NCBI GenBank assembly: GCA_044229845.1
Contig: JBGASG010000006.1
Span: forward strand, 224,001 to 288,000
Reading direction: 5' to 3'
Length of the DNA stretch: 64,000 nucleotides
DNA from: Candidatus Obscuribacteraceae bacterium
Lineage (GTDB): Bacteria; Cyanobacteriota; Vampirovibrionia; Obscuribacterales; Obscuribacteraceae
Part shown: positions 9,726 through 19,306 of the stretch, piece after piece
Layout: every line of letters begins with the position of its first letter
How positions within the stretch are numbered: the first letter of the stretch is position 1
Program-made: the position numbers and the translations under genes
The notes under the pieces: model-generated
Databases searched by the model: none
What the model was told of the DNA's origin: nothing
Seen by the model: only the letters and a program-made list of their open reading frames with translations

Positions 9726-10421
9726 ATGGGCGTTGTGATCGCGGACGATCAAGAGCGTGAGCGCACCTGGCTCAAGGAATTGATTGGCAATCATCTCGCC
9801 AACCTGGCACCAATTTACGAAGCTCATGACGGGCAGAGAGCCGTCGAACTGACTATCGAACACAAGCCGCCGGTGGTGTTTCTCGATATTGAGATGCCGG
9901 TCTTGTCTGGTATCAAGTCGGCGGAGCGCATTCTTGCGGAGCTGCCCCACACCGGAATCATTATTCTCTCCAATCACTCGGACGAAATATTTGTTCGCAA
10001 GCTGTGGAAGCTGGTACCATCGGATGGCGCGTTCGGCTATGTATTGAAGGACTCCACCGATCAGCAGGTGGTGGACGCGGCGCGCGCGGTGCTCGGCGGC
10101 GACTGCTGGATTCATCCGCGCATCCAGCGCATTATCCGACGCACCGAATGCGGTGCTACCGGACTGACCGACGGCGAGTTCGAAGTTCTGGTATACATCG
10201 CAATGGGGTTCACGGACAAGGCGATTGCACGCCGACTCTACATCACCGAAAAGGCTGTGCAAGCACGTTTAAAATGCCTGTACACAAAACTGGGAATTCC
10301 CATCAAGGGCGCCTCCGACGAGGATGAATACAATCACCGCTGCCGCGCTCTCAATCTCGCGTTCCGCAGGGGGTTGATCAACCGCGCCGAACTAACCGAC
10401 TGGGAAGAGCAAATCTGGTAA
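9726..10421 (+). CDS. NarL/FixJ-family response regulator (REC + LuxR HTH)
   Basis: IADD, FLDIEMP (phospho-Asp), GYVLKD, LTDGEFEVL..GFTDKAIA..L. Confidence 0.92.
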   Translation: MGVVIADDQERERTWLKELIGNHLANLAPIYEAHDGQRAVELTIEHKPPVVFLDIEMPVLSGIKSAERILAELPHTGIIILSNHSDEIFVRKLWKLVPSDGAFGYVLKDSTDQQVVDAARAVLGGDCWIHPRIQRIIRRTECGATGLTDGEFEVLVYIAMGFTDKAIARRLYITEKAVQARLKCLYTKLGIPIKGASDEDEYNHRCRALNLAFRRGLINRAELTDWEEQIW

Positions 10422-10451
10422 ACCTTCCGGCACTGCGTAAGTGCCGGCGGT

Positions 10452-11549
10452 CTAGAAAATCGGGACGATCTTGTCGGCGTCGAACGAAACATCCTCGCCG
10501 TCAACATCAATTTCAGGCAGCGCCGGAAACTTGACGCCATACGGCTCCACAATTGTCTTCAGGCGCACCACCGCCGTGCGCCAGTTTTCGTAGCGCTGTT
10601 CCAGGGTCAGAATTCCGAAGCCAGCCGAACGTGCCACTTCTTCTAATTGCCTCTGCGCCGGCAAGAACGTCGCCGGCAGATGCCAGAAGTCCTCCGGCGG
10701 CTCATAGAGAATGCCGGAAAGAAACACGAAGCCGGCACGAAACTGTTTCGTGATCACTTCTTTGTCCTCTTCGGACAACCTCGGCAAAATCTCTTTCAGC
10801 AGCGCCAGACAGAAACTCAAATGGCGACCTTCGTCTCGTCCGATGTTCTTGAAGGCTTCCTTGAACACCGGAATATCGGTGGTTTCGTACATGCTGTGGA
10901 ACAGCGTCGACGAAGCAACCTCTCCAAACAAGAACGAGCTAAACAAAATACCCATCGGATAATGCTCGACGGCTTTCTTGTAGCCGTTCCAGTAGCGTGC
11001 TCCGTTGTGGTAGAGCCATTCGATGTTGTTTTTGGCGAGCTTCCCGAGCGGTCCTTGCCACTCGTAGCTGTGCAGCGGACCACCGGGCGTCAATTTGCTG
11101 ATGGCACGCCCACAAACCTCTTCGTGATTCATCTCATCGCGAGTGACGGAGAAAAAACACTTGCGAACCGGGTCTTCCTCGTGCACTTCGTAGGCATGAA
11201 TCATCGCGCGGGCGAATACCGCCGGTCCGGAAGCATCGAAAACAGACAGCAACGCCCACCAGTAGGAGATTGCCTGGCGCTGGTCGATGGTCATGCTTTC
11301 GACATCAAGCGTTTCCCAAGGCAAACGGCTGGGTGACCAACCTGGGTCACGGGCGTTCTCGTAAATCTCGGCCAGGCGCGGAGTTTCTACCCGCCAGTCA
11401 AACGGAAAAAGATTGAGCTTGTCGGTAATGGCAGGCGCCGACTCGGTATCAAGAAGAATCTTCTCTGGGTCAGGCATGCGCTCGTGCTTACTGGGAGCAG
11501 CCTTGATCTGCGACTCGAGATTAGACAAGTTACTTTTCTTGGCAGGCAT
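10452..11549 (-). CDS. Ferritin-like di-metal carboxylate protein (R2/AurF-like superfamily)
   Basis: Two DE-x-x-H motifs (RDEMNH, RDEGRH) plus candidate D (VFDASG) and E (FGEVAS) ligands. Confidence 0.75.
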   Translation of the reverse strand: MPAKKSNLSNLESQIKAAPSKHERMPDPEKILLDTESAPAITDKLNLFPFDWRVETPRLAEIYENARDPGWSPSRLPWETLDVESMTIDQRQAISYWWALLSVFDASGPAVFARAMIHAYEVHEEDPVRKCFFSVTRDEMNHEEVCGRAISKLTPGGPLHSYEWQGPLGKLAKNNIEWLYHNGARYWNGYKKAVEHYPMGILFSSFLFGEVASSTLFHSMYETTDIPVFKEAFKNIGRDEGRHLSFCLALLKEILPRLSEEDKEVITKQFRAGFVFLSGILYEPPEDFWHLPATFLPAQRQLEEVARSAGFGILTLEQRYENWRTAVVRLKTIVEPYGVKFPALPEIDVDGEDVSFDADKIVPIF

Positions 11550-11608
11550 GGCTCTAAGCCCTATCTCCGTATGAGCGATTGACCCTATCTAGTCTACGAT
11601 CTTTTGCC

Positions 11609-11624
11609 TCACCGCATATGGTAC
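11609..11624. promoter_or_regulatory. NrdR-box-like site upstream of the ferritin-like gene
   Basis: TCACCGCATATGGTAC; 12/13 core identity with the site upstream of nrdA. Confidence 0.35.
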
Positions 11625-11707
11625 CGCCGTTAAGCAAGGGCTTTTCGGGCAAAAATTCGGTCGTTTTTATCCCAGCCCCTCACCCCTCAACCCCTCCTGA
11701 AAAGCCC

Positions 11708-11812
11708 AAGCGATATCGGTTGAACCTCGCGGACTCAAGCGATATCGCTTGGGTTTCTCCGACCTGAAGCGATATCGGCTCAATTTCCAGAGCCAAAGCG
11801 ATATCGCTTGGG
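11708..11812. repeat. Four AAGCGATATCG(C/G)(T/C)T palindromes spaced 29-30 bp
   Basis: Cores start at 11708, 11737, 11767 and 11796 with divergent spacers. Confidence 0.9.
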
Positions 11813-11873
11813 TTCTGGCGGACGGCGCAGAAGCCCAGCGGGCTTGGTTTATTCGTACTTGGGGAGAAAAGAT

Positions 11874-11956
11874 TGCCGGAGGTCGGACTTGAACCGACAC
11901 ACCCTTGCGGGCGGTTGATTTTGAGTCAACTGCGTCTGCCATTTCGCCACTCCGGC
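11874..11956 (-). tRNA. tRNA-Leu (CAA)
   Basis: Reverse complement GCCGGAG TGGCGAAATGGCAGACGC..GTTGA CTCAAAA TCAAC..long variable arm..GGTTCAAGTCC..CTCCGGC A; CCA not encoded. Confidence 0.95.
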
Positions 11957-12016
11957 ACGGAATGGGATTTTCCATTTTACTATAAGGGAATCAGGGGATC
12001 GCGCAGGGGCAAGCTG

Positions 12017-12862
12017 TTGGCAACAAAGGTTGCAATCATTGCTGGATTCGAACCGTTTGCGGAGTTTGACAAGAACCCGAGCGGAGACGCGGTAGCGTTC
12101 ATTCAGCAGTACTGTCAGGGCTTTGCGGCACAATCTCTTGTCTTGCCAGTATGCTGCCAATCGAGCTGGACTTTTGTGAAGCAGGCGGTAGACAAGCTAC
12201 CGCCAGATGCAGAGTTTGCTCTTGTGATGGCCGGAATGGCAGACAAACGAGAAGCAATCGAAATTGAGCGGTTCGCTCTCAACTGCAAGGACTACCGCAT
12301 TCCAGACAACGAAAAACATCAGTGGACCGGCGAAGAGATCGTCGAAGGCGCCGACACGGCGATTCGCAGTCGGCCAGTCGACAAGCAGTTGCTTGACGAT
12401 TTGCTCGCGAAAGGCTTCAACTGCCGCATCTCAAGCCATGCCGGGACTTTTGTGTGCAACGAGGTCTACTTCAGGGCTCTGCTCGATTGGCAGAACGACC
12501 CGCGCTGCGCGGGCGTCGTTTTCGTGCATGTGCCGCCACCCGCCAATTACCGGGAGCCCAACGCAGTCGGCAAAGCCGTTTCTCGCGCATTCCGCAATCT
12601 CGGGTCTGGTGCTTCTGCGCATGCTGGCGCCCGTCCGATTGCAGGAAAGAAGGGTTCTGGCGGGGGTTCCGGGGCCGGTAAGAACAAAAAGGTGAATTCG
12701 GCGGGCCCGGACGAGCCAGATGACGTATATCCTATATACAGATACGCGGAAGCTCTGTCTCTGATTGCCCGTTACCTTCTCAACTCGCCGAAAGGGTTGC
12801 CCAGTGGAGCAGACGTCGCTAGAAATACTCCGAGTCGACGATCGCATACGTCCAAAAGATGA
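12017..12862 (+). CDS. pcp: Pyroglutamyl-peptidase I (C15) with low-complexity C-terminal insert
   Basis: GFEPF..NPS, IERFALN, AGTFVCN (catalytic Cys), FVHVP; start estimated (TTG). Confidence 0.85.
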   Translation: MATKVAIIAGFEPFAEFDKNPSGDAVAFIQQYCQGFAAQSLVLPVCCQSSWTFVKQAVDKLPPDAEFALVMAGMADKREAIEIERFALNCKDYRIPDNEKHQWTGEEIVEGADTAIRSRPVDKQLLDDLLAKGFNCRISSHAGTFVCNEVYFRALLDWQNDPRCAGVVFVHVPPPANYREPNAVGKAVSRAFRNLGSGASAHAGARPIAGKKGSGGGSGAGKNKKVNSAGPDEPDDVYPIYRYAEALSLIARYLLNSPKGLPSGADVARNTPSRRSHTSKR

Positions 12863-13382
12863 GGACGACGGCATCCGGCGTGCTCTGTTTCTTTGCCACA
12901 GCATGCAGCCCTATTGCGCCAAGCAAGTGCGGGTGTTCGTGAAACGCTGCCGCGACGGCGAATTTGGTCCAGACGTCGAGGAATCGGTGAGAGGCGATGT
13001 TCCAGACTGGCAGATTGCTGAAGCAACGAAAGAGCTGCTGACGCTCAGCCTGCACATGACAGGCATAGATCAAGGCGCGCTGAATGCGCCGGTCTGGCTG
13101 ATCGAGTTTCTGATCGAAAGCTTGAAGGAATCGGATGTGATCTTCCCGGACCCTGGTGTTGAGTCGATTATCGCTGCCTACGGCGAGATCGATGATACTG
13201 ACCTGAAGGATGCGTTGGCTGGAAAGTTGCGCGCCGTGCTGGGCATTCCACCTGATGAAAACGCTCACAACGCCTGGTTGGAAATCTTGGAAACGATGCG
13301 TCCCATGCGCAACGAACTGCTCTTGTTCTCGCTGACGCAGCCTCCCGACACGCTCAGACAGCATCTGCAATCGAACGCCTGA
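12804..13382 (+). CDS. Hypothetical helical protein
   Basis: ORF with GTG start after AAAGGG; overlaps the pcp 3' end. Confidence 0.6.
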   Translation: MEQTSLEILRVDDRIRPKDEDDGIRRALFLCHSMQPYCAKQVRVFVKRCRDGEFGPDVEESVRGDVPDWQIAEATKELLTLSLHMTGIDQGALNAPVWLIEFLIESLKESDVIFPDPGVESIIAAYGEIDDTDLKDALAGKLRAVLGIPPDENAHNAWLEILETMRPMRNELLLFSLTQPPDTLRQHLQSNA

Positions 13383-13496
13383 CCGAGGCGGCAACGCCAA
13401 GACATGACATACGAACGGCTGACAGGGCGGCGCGCGTTCCTGCTAACATATGCCCCGAACAGCTGGCAGCAAGCATAATGCAGCGGGGGCAGGCGA

Positions 13497-15005
13497 ATGA
13501 GCCGATACATTCTCAGCGTTGATTCGGGCACCACTAGTTGTCGCGCGATTGTTTTCGACAGTCAGGGAAAAACAATCGGCGTCGGACAACATGAATTCAC
13601 GCAGTTTTTCCCAAAACCAGGTTGGGTCGAACATGATGCGGAAGAGGTTCTCAAAGTCCAACTCCAGTGCATCAGCGACGCGATCGCGGCGGCGAAAATC
13701 AAAGGCGAAGAGATTGCCGCCGTCGGCATCACAAACCAGCGTGAAACAACCGTCGTCTGGGATCGCAAAACGGGAAAACCCGTGCATAAGGCAATCGTCT
13801 GGCAGGACCGCCGCACGCAGGATGTGGCGGATGCATTGAAGCGCGAGTCAAATGTGTTTCGCGAAAAGACGGGTTTGGTACCGGATGCGTACTTCTCCGG
13901 ACCAAAGATTCAGTGGATACTCAAGAACGTCAAAGACGGCGAGAAACGCGCGCGCGCCGGCGAACTGGCTTTCGGAACTATTGATACCTGGCTGATCTAT
14001 AACCTCACCGGCGGCACGGTGCACGCCACGGAATCGAGCAACGCCTCGCGCACCATGCTCTACAACATGCATACGATGGATTGGGACGACGAGCTGTTGG
14101 CGCGGTTGTCGGTACCGCGCGCCATGATGCCGCAGGTTCTCGACTCCAACGGTGACTTCGGCACCACCAGAAAAGAGGTGGTCGGCTTCGAAGCTCCGAT
14201 TGCCGGCGTACTGGGAGACCAGCAAGCGGCACTGTTCGGTCAGACGTGTTTCGAAACCGGCAGCGCAAAATGCACATATGGAACCGGTGCGTTTCTGCTC
14301 ATTAATATCGGGCATGCACCGCATCTGGTGCCCGGGCTTTTAACTACGTTGGGCTGGAAGCTGGCAGGAGAGAAACCCACTTATGCGCTGGAAGGCGCCA
14401 TATTCATTGCCGGTGCGGCAGTGCAATGGCTGCGCGATGGACTCGGAATTATTGCGTCCAGCGAAGAAACGGAAGCGCTGGCGAAATCAATCGACAGCAA
14501 CGAAGGCGTGTATTTCGTGCCGGCCTTGGTAGGACTCGGTTCGCCGTGGTGGAACTCCGATGTGCGCGGCACCATTACCGGCATCACTCGCGGCACGGGT
14601 CGCGCGCACTTCGTGCGGGCGGCGCTGGAGTCGATGACTTACGGAGTTGCCGATGTGGTGATGCGCATGCGGGAATACGATCTGCCGGTCGTCGATCTGC
14701 GTGTCGACGGGGGCGCCACCAAGAACAACTTCCTGCTGCAGTTCCAGGCTGATGTTCTGCGCTTGCCGGTCGTGCGTTCCTCGCAAGTGGAATCGACGGC
14801 ATGGGGAGTAGCGGCGCTGGCCGGCTTGAAGGTCGGACTGATCAAGAGCAAGAAAGAACTTGAAGAAGCGTGGCAGAAGGGACAAAAGTTCGAAGTGAAA
14901 AATGACCGCGGCGCCGACTATTCAGGCTGGCAAGCGGCATTGCGAGCCACCTTCGCTCAGGCTGGTCAGTTTCTTCCCGTCGAACCGCCGGCAGTGAAAG
15001 TGTAG
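13497..15005 (+). CDS. glpK: Glycerol kinase
   Basis: DSGTTSCR, GWVEHD, GITNQRETT, GDQQAALFGQ, KCTYGTG, VDGG. Confidence 0.97.
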   Translation: MSRYILSVDSGTTSCRAIVFDSQGKTIGVGQHEFTQFFPKPGWVEHDAEEVLKVQLQCISDAIAAAKIKGEEIAAVGITNQRETTVVWDRKTGKPVHKAIVWQDRRTQDVADALKRESNVFREKTGLVPDAYFSGPKIQWILKNVKDGEKRARAGELAFGTIDTWLIYNLTGGTVHATESSNASRTMLYNMHTMDWDDELLARLSVPRAMMPQVLDSNGDFGTTRKEVVGFEAPIAGVLGDQQAALFGQTCFETGSAKCTYGTGAFLLINIGHAPHLVPGLLTTLGWKLAGEKPTYALEGAIFIAGAAVQWLRDGLGIIASSEETEALAKSIDSNEGVYFVPALVGLGSPWWNSDVRGTITGITRGTGRAHFVRAALESMTYGVADVVMRMREYDLPVVDLRVDGGATKNNFLLQFQADVLRLPVVRSSQVESTAWGVAALAGLKVGLIKSKKELEEAWQKGQKFEVKNDRGADYSGWQAALRATFAQAGQFLPVEPPAVKV

Positions 15006-15006
15006 T

Positions 15007-16026
15007 GTGAAACGCCGTCTGAGCAGATTTTTCAGATTGGTACGCGTGCTCGTCAATGAGTTTCGCGTCTTCTTCACTTGCGTGCTCATCGCCTTCGTCG
15101 GGTCGACGCTGCTCCTGTACTACGTGTATCCAAAGCAGGATCTGCCGCAGCACCATGCAACATTGCTGGGCGCCGCCTATGACACGCTGCAGATGATCTT
15201 CTTCGAATCCCCGATACCGTTTGAAGATGATTGGCGACTGATACCTCTGTTTTTTGGGCTGCCGTTGCTCGGTCTTCTGGTAGTCGCCGAAGGTGTGGTG
15301 CACCTGGGCAACCTTCTATTTCAAAGCAATCTCTACACGAGGGAGTGGCAAAAAATGCTGGCGGCAACATATGAGAATCACATAGTTGTGTGCGGACTGG
15401 GCAACGTCGGTATGCGCGTTGTGCAACATCTGCGAGCAATGGACCAAGACGTTGTTTGCATTGAGAAACAGCCGGATGCGCCGTTTCTTGCCGAGATGGA
15501 AGAGCTGGGTGTGCCCTGCATCGTCGCCAACATTCGCAACACCCAGGCGCTGGAAGACGCGAACGTGCGCAAGGCGAAAGCCCTGATAGCGGTAACCGAT
15601 GATGACCTGGCCAACATGGAAACTTGCCTGAATGCCCGCGAGCTTGTCCCGGGAATCAAAGTTGTGATGCGCATGTTCGATCAGAAACTGGCGGAGAAGT
15701 TCGAGCGCTCCTTCGGCATTCCATCGTTCAGCGCCTCCGCATTGTCGGCACCGGTGTTCGCACTGGCAGCGATGAGCGGAAACATCCTGTCGTCGTTCGA
15801 GTTTGGCGGCCAGATTATCAACGCGATCCAGATTCCCATTGAGGATGGAAGCATCCTGCACGGATTAACCGTCGATGATGTCAGACAGCGTTATGGAGTG
15901 ACCGTGCTGCTGCATGAGCATGGCGGGCAGAACGATTGGAATCCCGCCGCCCAGACAGTGTTGCAGTCGGGCACCAAGCTTTTGGCGATCACGGATTCAC
16001 GCAATGTCCATCGCGTGCTGGGTTAG
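15007..16026 (+). CDS. Potassium channel-family protein with TrkA-N/RCK domains
   Basis: N-terminal TM helices; HIVVCGLGNVG; VTDDDLAN; RCK-C. Confidence 0.85.
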   Translation: MKRRLSRFFRLVRVLVNEFRVFFTCVLIAFVGSTLLLYYVYPKQDLPQHHATLLGAAYDTLQMIFFESPIPFEDDWRLIPLFFGLPLLGLLVVAEGVVHLGNLLFQSNLYTREWQKMLAATYENHIVVCGLGNVGMRVVQHLRAMDQDVVCIEKQPDAPFLAEMEELGVPCIVANIRNTQALEDANVRKAKALIAVTDDDLANMETCLNARELVPGIKVVMRMFDQKLAEKFERSFGIPSFSASALSAPVFALAAMSGNILSSFEFGGQIINAIQIPIEDGSILHGLTVDDVRQRYGVTVLLHEHGGQNDWNPAAQTVLQSGTKLLAITDSRNVHRVLG

Positions 16027-16034
16027 GTGTTGGG

Positions 16035-16322
16035 TTAGGCGCTGTCTTCCAGTTCGTCCTGGCACTGCTCGCACTTGCTGACCAGGCGGGAAAGGCGCAT
16101 CTTCATGCCCTGGGCGATGCTGGCCACAGAACCGATACTTGGATTGCGTTTTCCAGTTTCTACATTACTTAGAAAAGCGCGATCCACTCCGGAGTCCGCT
16201 GCCAGTTCTTCCTGGGACAAGCCGAGCTTTTTCCGACGCTCACTGATCACCTTGCCGAGGCAAACATATAGATGTTCGTGCTTCTTTGTGGTTTTCGCAG
16301 CTTTCGTGGTTTTCTTAGGCAT
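16035..16322 (-). CDS. XRE-family HTH transcriptional regulator
   Basis: LSQEELA..SGVDRAFLSNVETGKRNPS. Confidence 0.9.
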   Translation of the reverse strand: MPKKTTKAAKTTKKHEHLYVCLGKVISERRKKLGLSQEELAADSGVDRAFLSNVETGKRNPSIGSVASIAQGMKMRLSRLVSKCEQCQDELEDSA

Positions 16323-16580
16323 AGGTAAAAATCTCGCAATTCCTGTCTCACGTCTGACGATAGACGTAGAAGTTGGCCGTGAGTTGCATCTTTTTCTTGT
16401 GGTATTTCAGCCACAAGAAACGGCACAAGTCCGGAGAGATCATTCTTCTGTCCATCGGGTTCTTGCGGAAAATACGGTCGAAAAAAAGTTGGAACTTTTC
16501 CGAAAAGCACTCCGTCTCAGCTGCCGGAAACCCGGAAACCAATATTCTGACTATTTACAGTTTTAGAGGCACTAGCTCAC

Positions 16581-16832
16581 ATGTCTGGACAAGAACACGA
16601 GCACCAAGACGCAAATCAGGCCGGACGCGCCAACCACGGCACACCGTTCCGCGGCGAGTCCCTGGCGGATGCCATGGATCGCAGTGCTCATGAATTACAG
16701 CTGCTGGCGAATTTCTACCACCAGCATGGTTACCTGGACAGGGCTCAGGAGATCTATCAGACCATCTTGCGGATTCGCGGGGAACGGGACGCCCGCAATG
16801 GTGTTAATGACGCTGACGTCAAAGAAGCATAG
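16581..16832 (+). CDS. Small protein with a single TPR motif
   Basis: LANFYHQHGYLDRAQEIYQTILRIR; AGAGG RBS. Confidence 0.65.
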   Translation: MSGQEHEHQDANQAGRANHGTPFRGESLADAMDRSAHELQLLANFYHQHGYLDRAQEIYQTILRIRGERDARNGVNDADVKEA

Positions 16833-16903
16833 GCGTACAAGCCACTCCAAGCCCACCCAAATCGCTCAAGGCGCGGTCACAAAACAAAGACATATGAATT
16901 GAG

Positions 16904-16928
16904 AAGCTCAACGGTTTTCGTTGAGCTT
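16904..16928. terminator. Hairpin between convergent genes
   Basis: AAGCTCAACG-GTTTT-CGTTGAGCTT. Confidence 0.6.
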
Positions 16929-16951
16929 TGTCATTTTCAGAGCGCCGTAGA

Positions 16952-17401
16952 TTAGCGCTTACCGTCACCATCGCCGCCGCAGTCTGAACTCAGCCAGAAT
17001 GTCAGCTTCTGATGCAGCTGGTCGTAAGTGAACGGCATGGCGAGGTAGTCATCCATACCGGCACTCAGGCAGTTATCGAGTGTGGCTTTGACGTGCCCGG
17101 TAATACCGATTACCGGAGTGCGCTTGCCGGAGGTCTTCTCCCTCTCGCGAATTTTTCCGGTGCAAATGCGCCCGTCGATTTCGGGCATCTGCCAGTCCAT
17201 TACGACGATGTCGAACTGCGCTTCATCAAGGGCTCGCAGACCCTCGGCGCAGCCGCGAACCACCTTGAATCTGATCTGAAGTTTGCTCGCTAATAATTCA
17301 AAAATTCGCGGATAGTCGGGCGAATCGCCGATGAGCAGAACGACAGGTTGAACCTTTTGCCCGGCACTAATCGAATTAGGTCCGTCTTCCTTGTTCGTCA
17401 T
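16952..17401 (-). CDS. Single-domain response regulator (REC)
   Basis: FDIVVMDWQMPEIDG, TPVIGITG, AGMDDYL; the conserved Lys appears replaced (LAMP). Confidence 0.8.
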   Translation of the reverse strand: MTNKEDGPNSISAGQKVQPVVLLIGDSPDYPRIFELLASKLQIRFKVVRGCAEGLRALDEAQFDIVVMDWQMPEIDGRICTGKIREREKTSGKRTPVIGITGHVKATLDNCLSAGMDDYLAMPFTYDQLHQKLTFWLSSDCGGDGDGKR

Positions 17402-17570
17402 GTCACACCCATGTTTGCACAAAACATGACTTACCCAAGGAAATAAAGTTTCCACGGCTGTGGTTGATCGGCAACAAACAGCTGAGCCGTAAGGCGCCAC
17501 CGATAACGGTGGCTGTCCGGCAAGCGCATGGACAGCCGCTTTTGAAGAAAATACCCATTCGGGCACACAA

Positions 17571-17604
17571 GAAGAAAGCCCTGGCCGAAGCCAGAGCTTT
17601 CTTC
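17571..17604 (-). terminator. Intrinsic terminator downstream of nrdB
   Basis: Minus strand GAAGAAAGCTCTGGC-TTCG-GCCAGGGCTTTCTTC, cUUCGg loop. Confidence 0.7.
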
Positions 17605-17701
17605 CTGTCCCAGTCAAAACCAGTGCCCGACGGCGTACCTTCATCCACTGCCGGGCTCACCCCTGCGCGCAGCCATCACGACTGCATCGCAGAGAGTGCG
17701 A

Positions 17702-19066
17702 TTAATCCCAGCTGAGTGCACCGCCTGTTTGATAGTCGATGACACGCGTCTCGAAGAAGTTTTTCTCTTTTTTGAGATCGAGCATTTCGCTCATCCAGGG
17801 GAAGGGATTCTTCGCGCCTGGATATTGCTCAGTCAAACCAATCTGTTTGCAGCGACGGTTTGCCACAAATTGCAGGTATTCGGCGAACATTTGCACGTTC
17901 AGTCCGAGAACTCCGCGCGGCATCGTGTCGACCGCATATTGATATTCTAGATCGACTCCTTCACGAATCAACTTAATGATTTCTTGTTGAAGGGCGGTCG
18001 TCCAGAGATGCGGATTTTCGATCTTGATCTGGTTGATCAGATCTACACCGTAGTTGAGGTGCATCGATTCATCGCGCAAGATGTACTGGAATTCTTCGGA
18101 TGCACCAGTCATCTTGTTCTGCCGTCCGAAGCTGAGCATTTGCACAAATCCGACGTAGAAGAAGATGCCTTCCATGATGATGTAATAGCCGATCAAGTTG
18201 CGCAGAAGGCGCTGATCTGTGGCATCGGTGCCGGTGTGGAAATTAGGATCGGCCAGTTCTTCAGTGAACTGCAGTTGGAATGCATCCTTCGCGTGAATGG
18301 ACGGAATCTCGCGATACATGTTGAAAATTTCGCCTTCATCGAGTCCGAGACTTTCCACCACATATTGATAGGCGTGCGTGTGCAGAGCTTCTTCGAAAGA
18401 TTGACGAAGCAGGTACTGACGGCACTCAGGATTGGTGATGTGACGATAGATCGCCAGCACCAGGTTGTTAGCTACGAGTGAATCAGCTGTCGAGAAGAAA
18501 CCGAGGTTGCGTTTGATGATTTGACGTTCGTCATCGGTCAGACCGTTGGGATCTTTCCAGAGCGCGATGTCGCGGCTCATGCTGATCTCTTGCGGCATCC
18601 AGTGGTTGGCGCAAGCATCGAGATACTTCTGCCAGGCCCAGTCATATTTGAATGGCACTAGCTGGTTGAGGTCGGCGCGGCAGTTGATGATGCGTTTTTC
18701 GTCGACGCGAATGCGGCGTGCGTTGAACTCGATGTTTTCCAAACCTGTAACACCACCTACGGTGCTGGCTGCTTCAGCACCTTTGTTGGTTGATTCGGTT
18801 GGAACCGACGGAGCCATTGTCACTGAGCTAATCCCCTGTGTTGTAGTTCCAGTAGGAGCGGCTGGCGGCGTGCAGTCGATTGCGGCTTCAACTCCGACAG
18901 CGTTGGTAGGTTCAGCTGTTGGAACAACAACAGCATGTCCGAGCGGCGGTGGCGGATTTATTGGTGATTCGATACTCGGTCCGGTGCCGAAAATGCCCCG
19001 GTTGGTCAACTCTGTGCTCTGCCATGGACGAACGGAATTAGAACCGCTGCCACTATTTGAATTCAT
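17702..19066 (-). CDS. nrdB: Ribonucleotide reductase class Ia beta subunit with long low-complexity N-terminus
   Basis: [16 protein letters not shown] (radical Tyr present), [21 protein letters not shown]. Confidence 0.96.
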   Translation of the reverse strand: MNSNSGSGSNSVRPWQSTELTNRGIFGTGPSIESPINPPPPLGHAVVVPTAEPTNAVGVEAAIDCTPPAAPTGTTTQGISSVTMAPSVPTESTNKGAEAASTVGGVTGLENIEFNARRIRVDEKRIINCRADLNQLVPFKYDWAWQKYLDACANHWMPQEISMSRDIALWKDPNGLTDDERQIIKRNLGFFSTADSLVANNLVLAIYRHITNPECRQYLLRQSFEEALHTHAYQYVVESLGLDEGEIFNMYREIPSIHAKDAFQLQFTEELADPNFHTGTDATDQRLLRNLIGYYIIMEGIFFYVGFVQMLSFGRQNKMTGASEEFQYILRDESMHLNYGVDLINQIKIENPHLWTTALQQEIIKLIREGVDLEYQYAVDTMPRGVLGLNVQMFAEYLQFVANRRCKQIGLTEQYPGAKNPFPWMSEMLDLKKEKNFFETRVIDYQTGGALSWD

Positions 19067-19306
19067 CCCTGTCCCCTTTCTAACCATACCATACATCTGT
19101 ATGATGCGCCTGTCAAGTCTTTTCGCTGCGCCGGATATTCGTTCAATCACCTGCGAATATCACTGCAGCTGTCGTTCTGGTTGTTTCGTCTCCGATCTAG
19201 TTTGATGCTTTCGTGAGATTGAACTGCTCGGTCCGTTCCACGTTCCCCCAATCAGCCGCACGACCAACACGGCCCAGTGAATTGGTCGTGGGCTTATCGG
19301 AGTGAT

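Noticed and set aside
11873..12016. N-terminal extension of the pcp ORF
   Set aside because: It is the antisense reading of tRNA-Leu and its promoter.
17702..19066. Class Ic (Mn/Fe) R2
   Set aside because: The radical Tyr (HTHAY) and first-ligand Asp (TADS) are present, consistent with class Ia.
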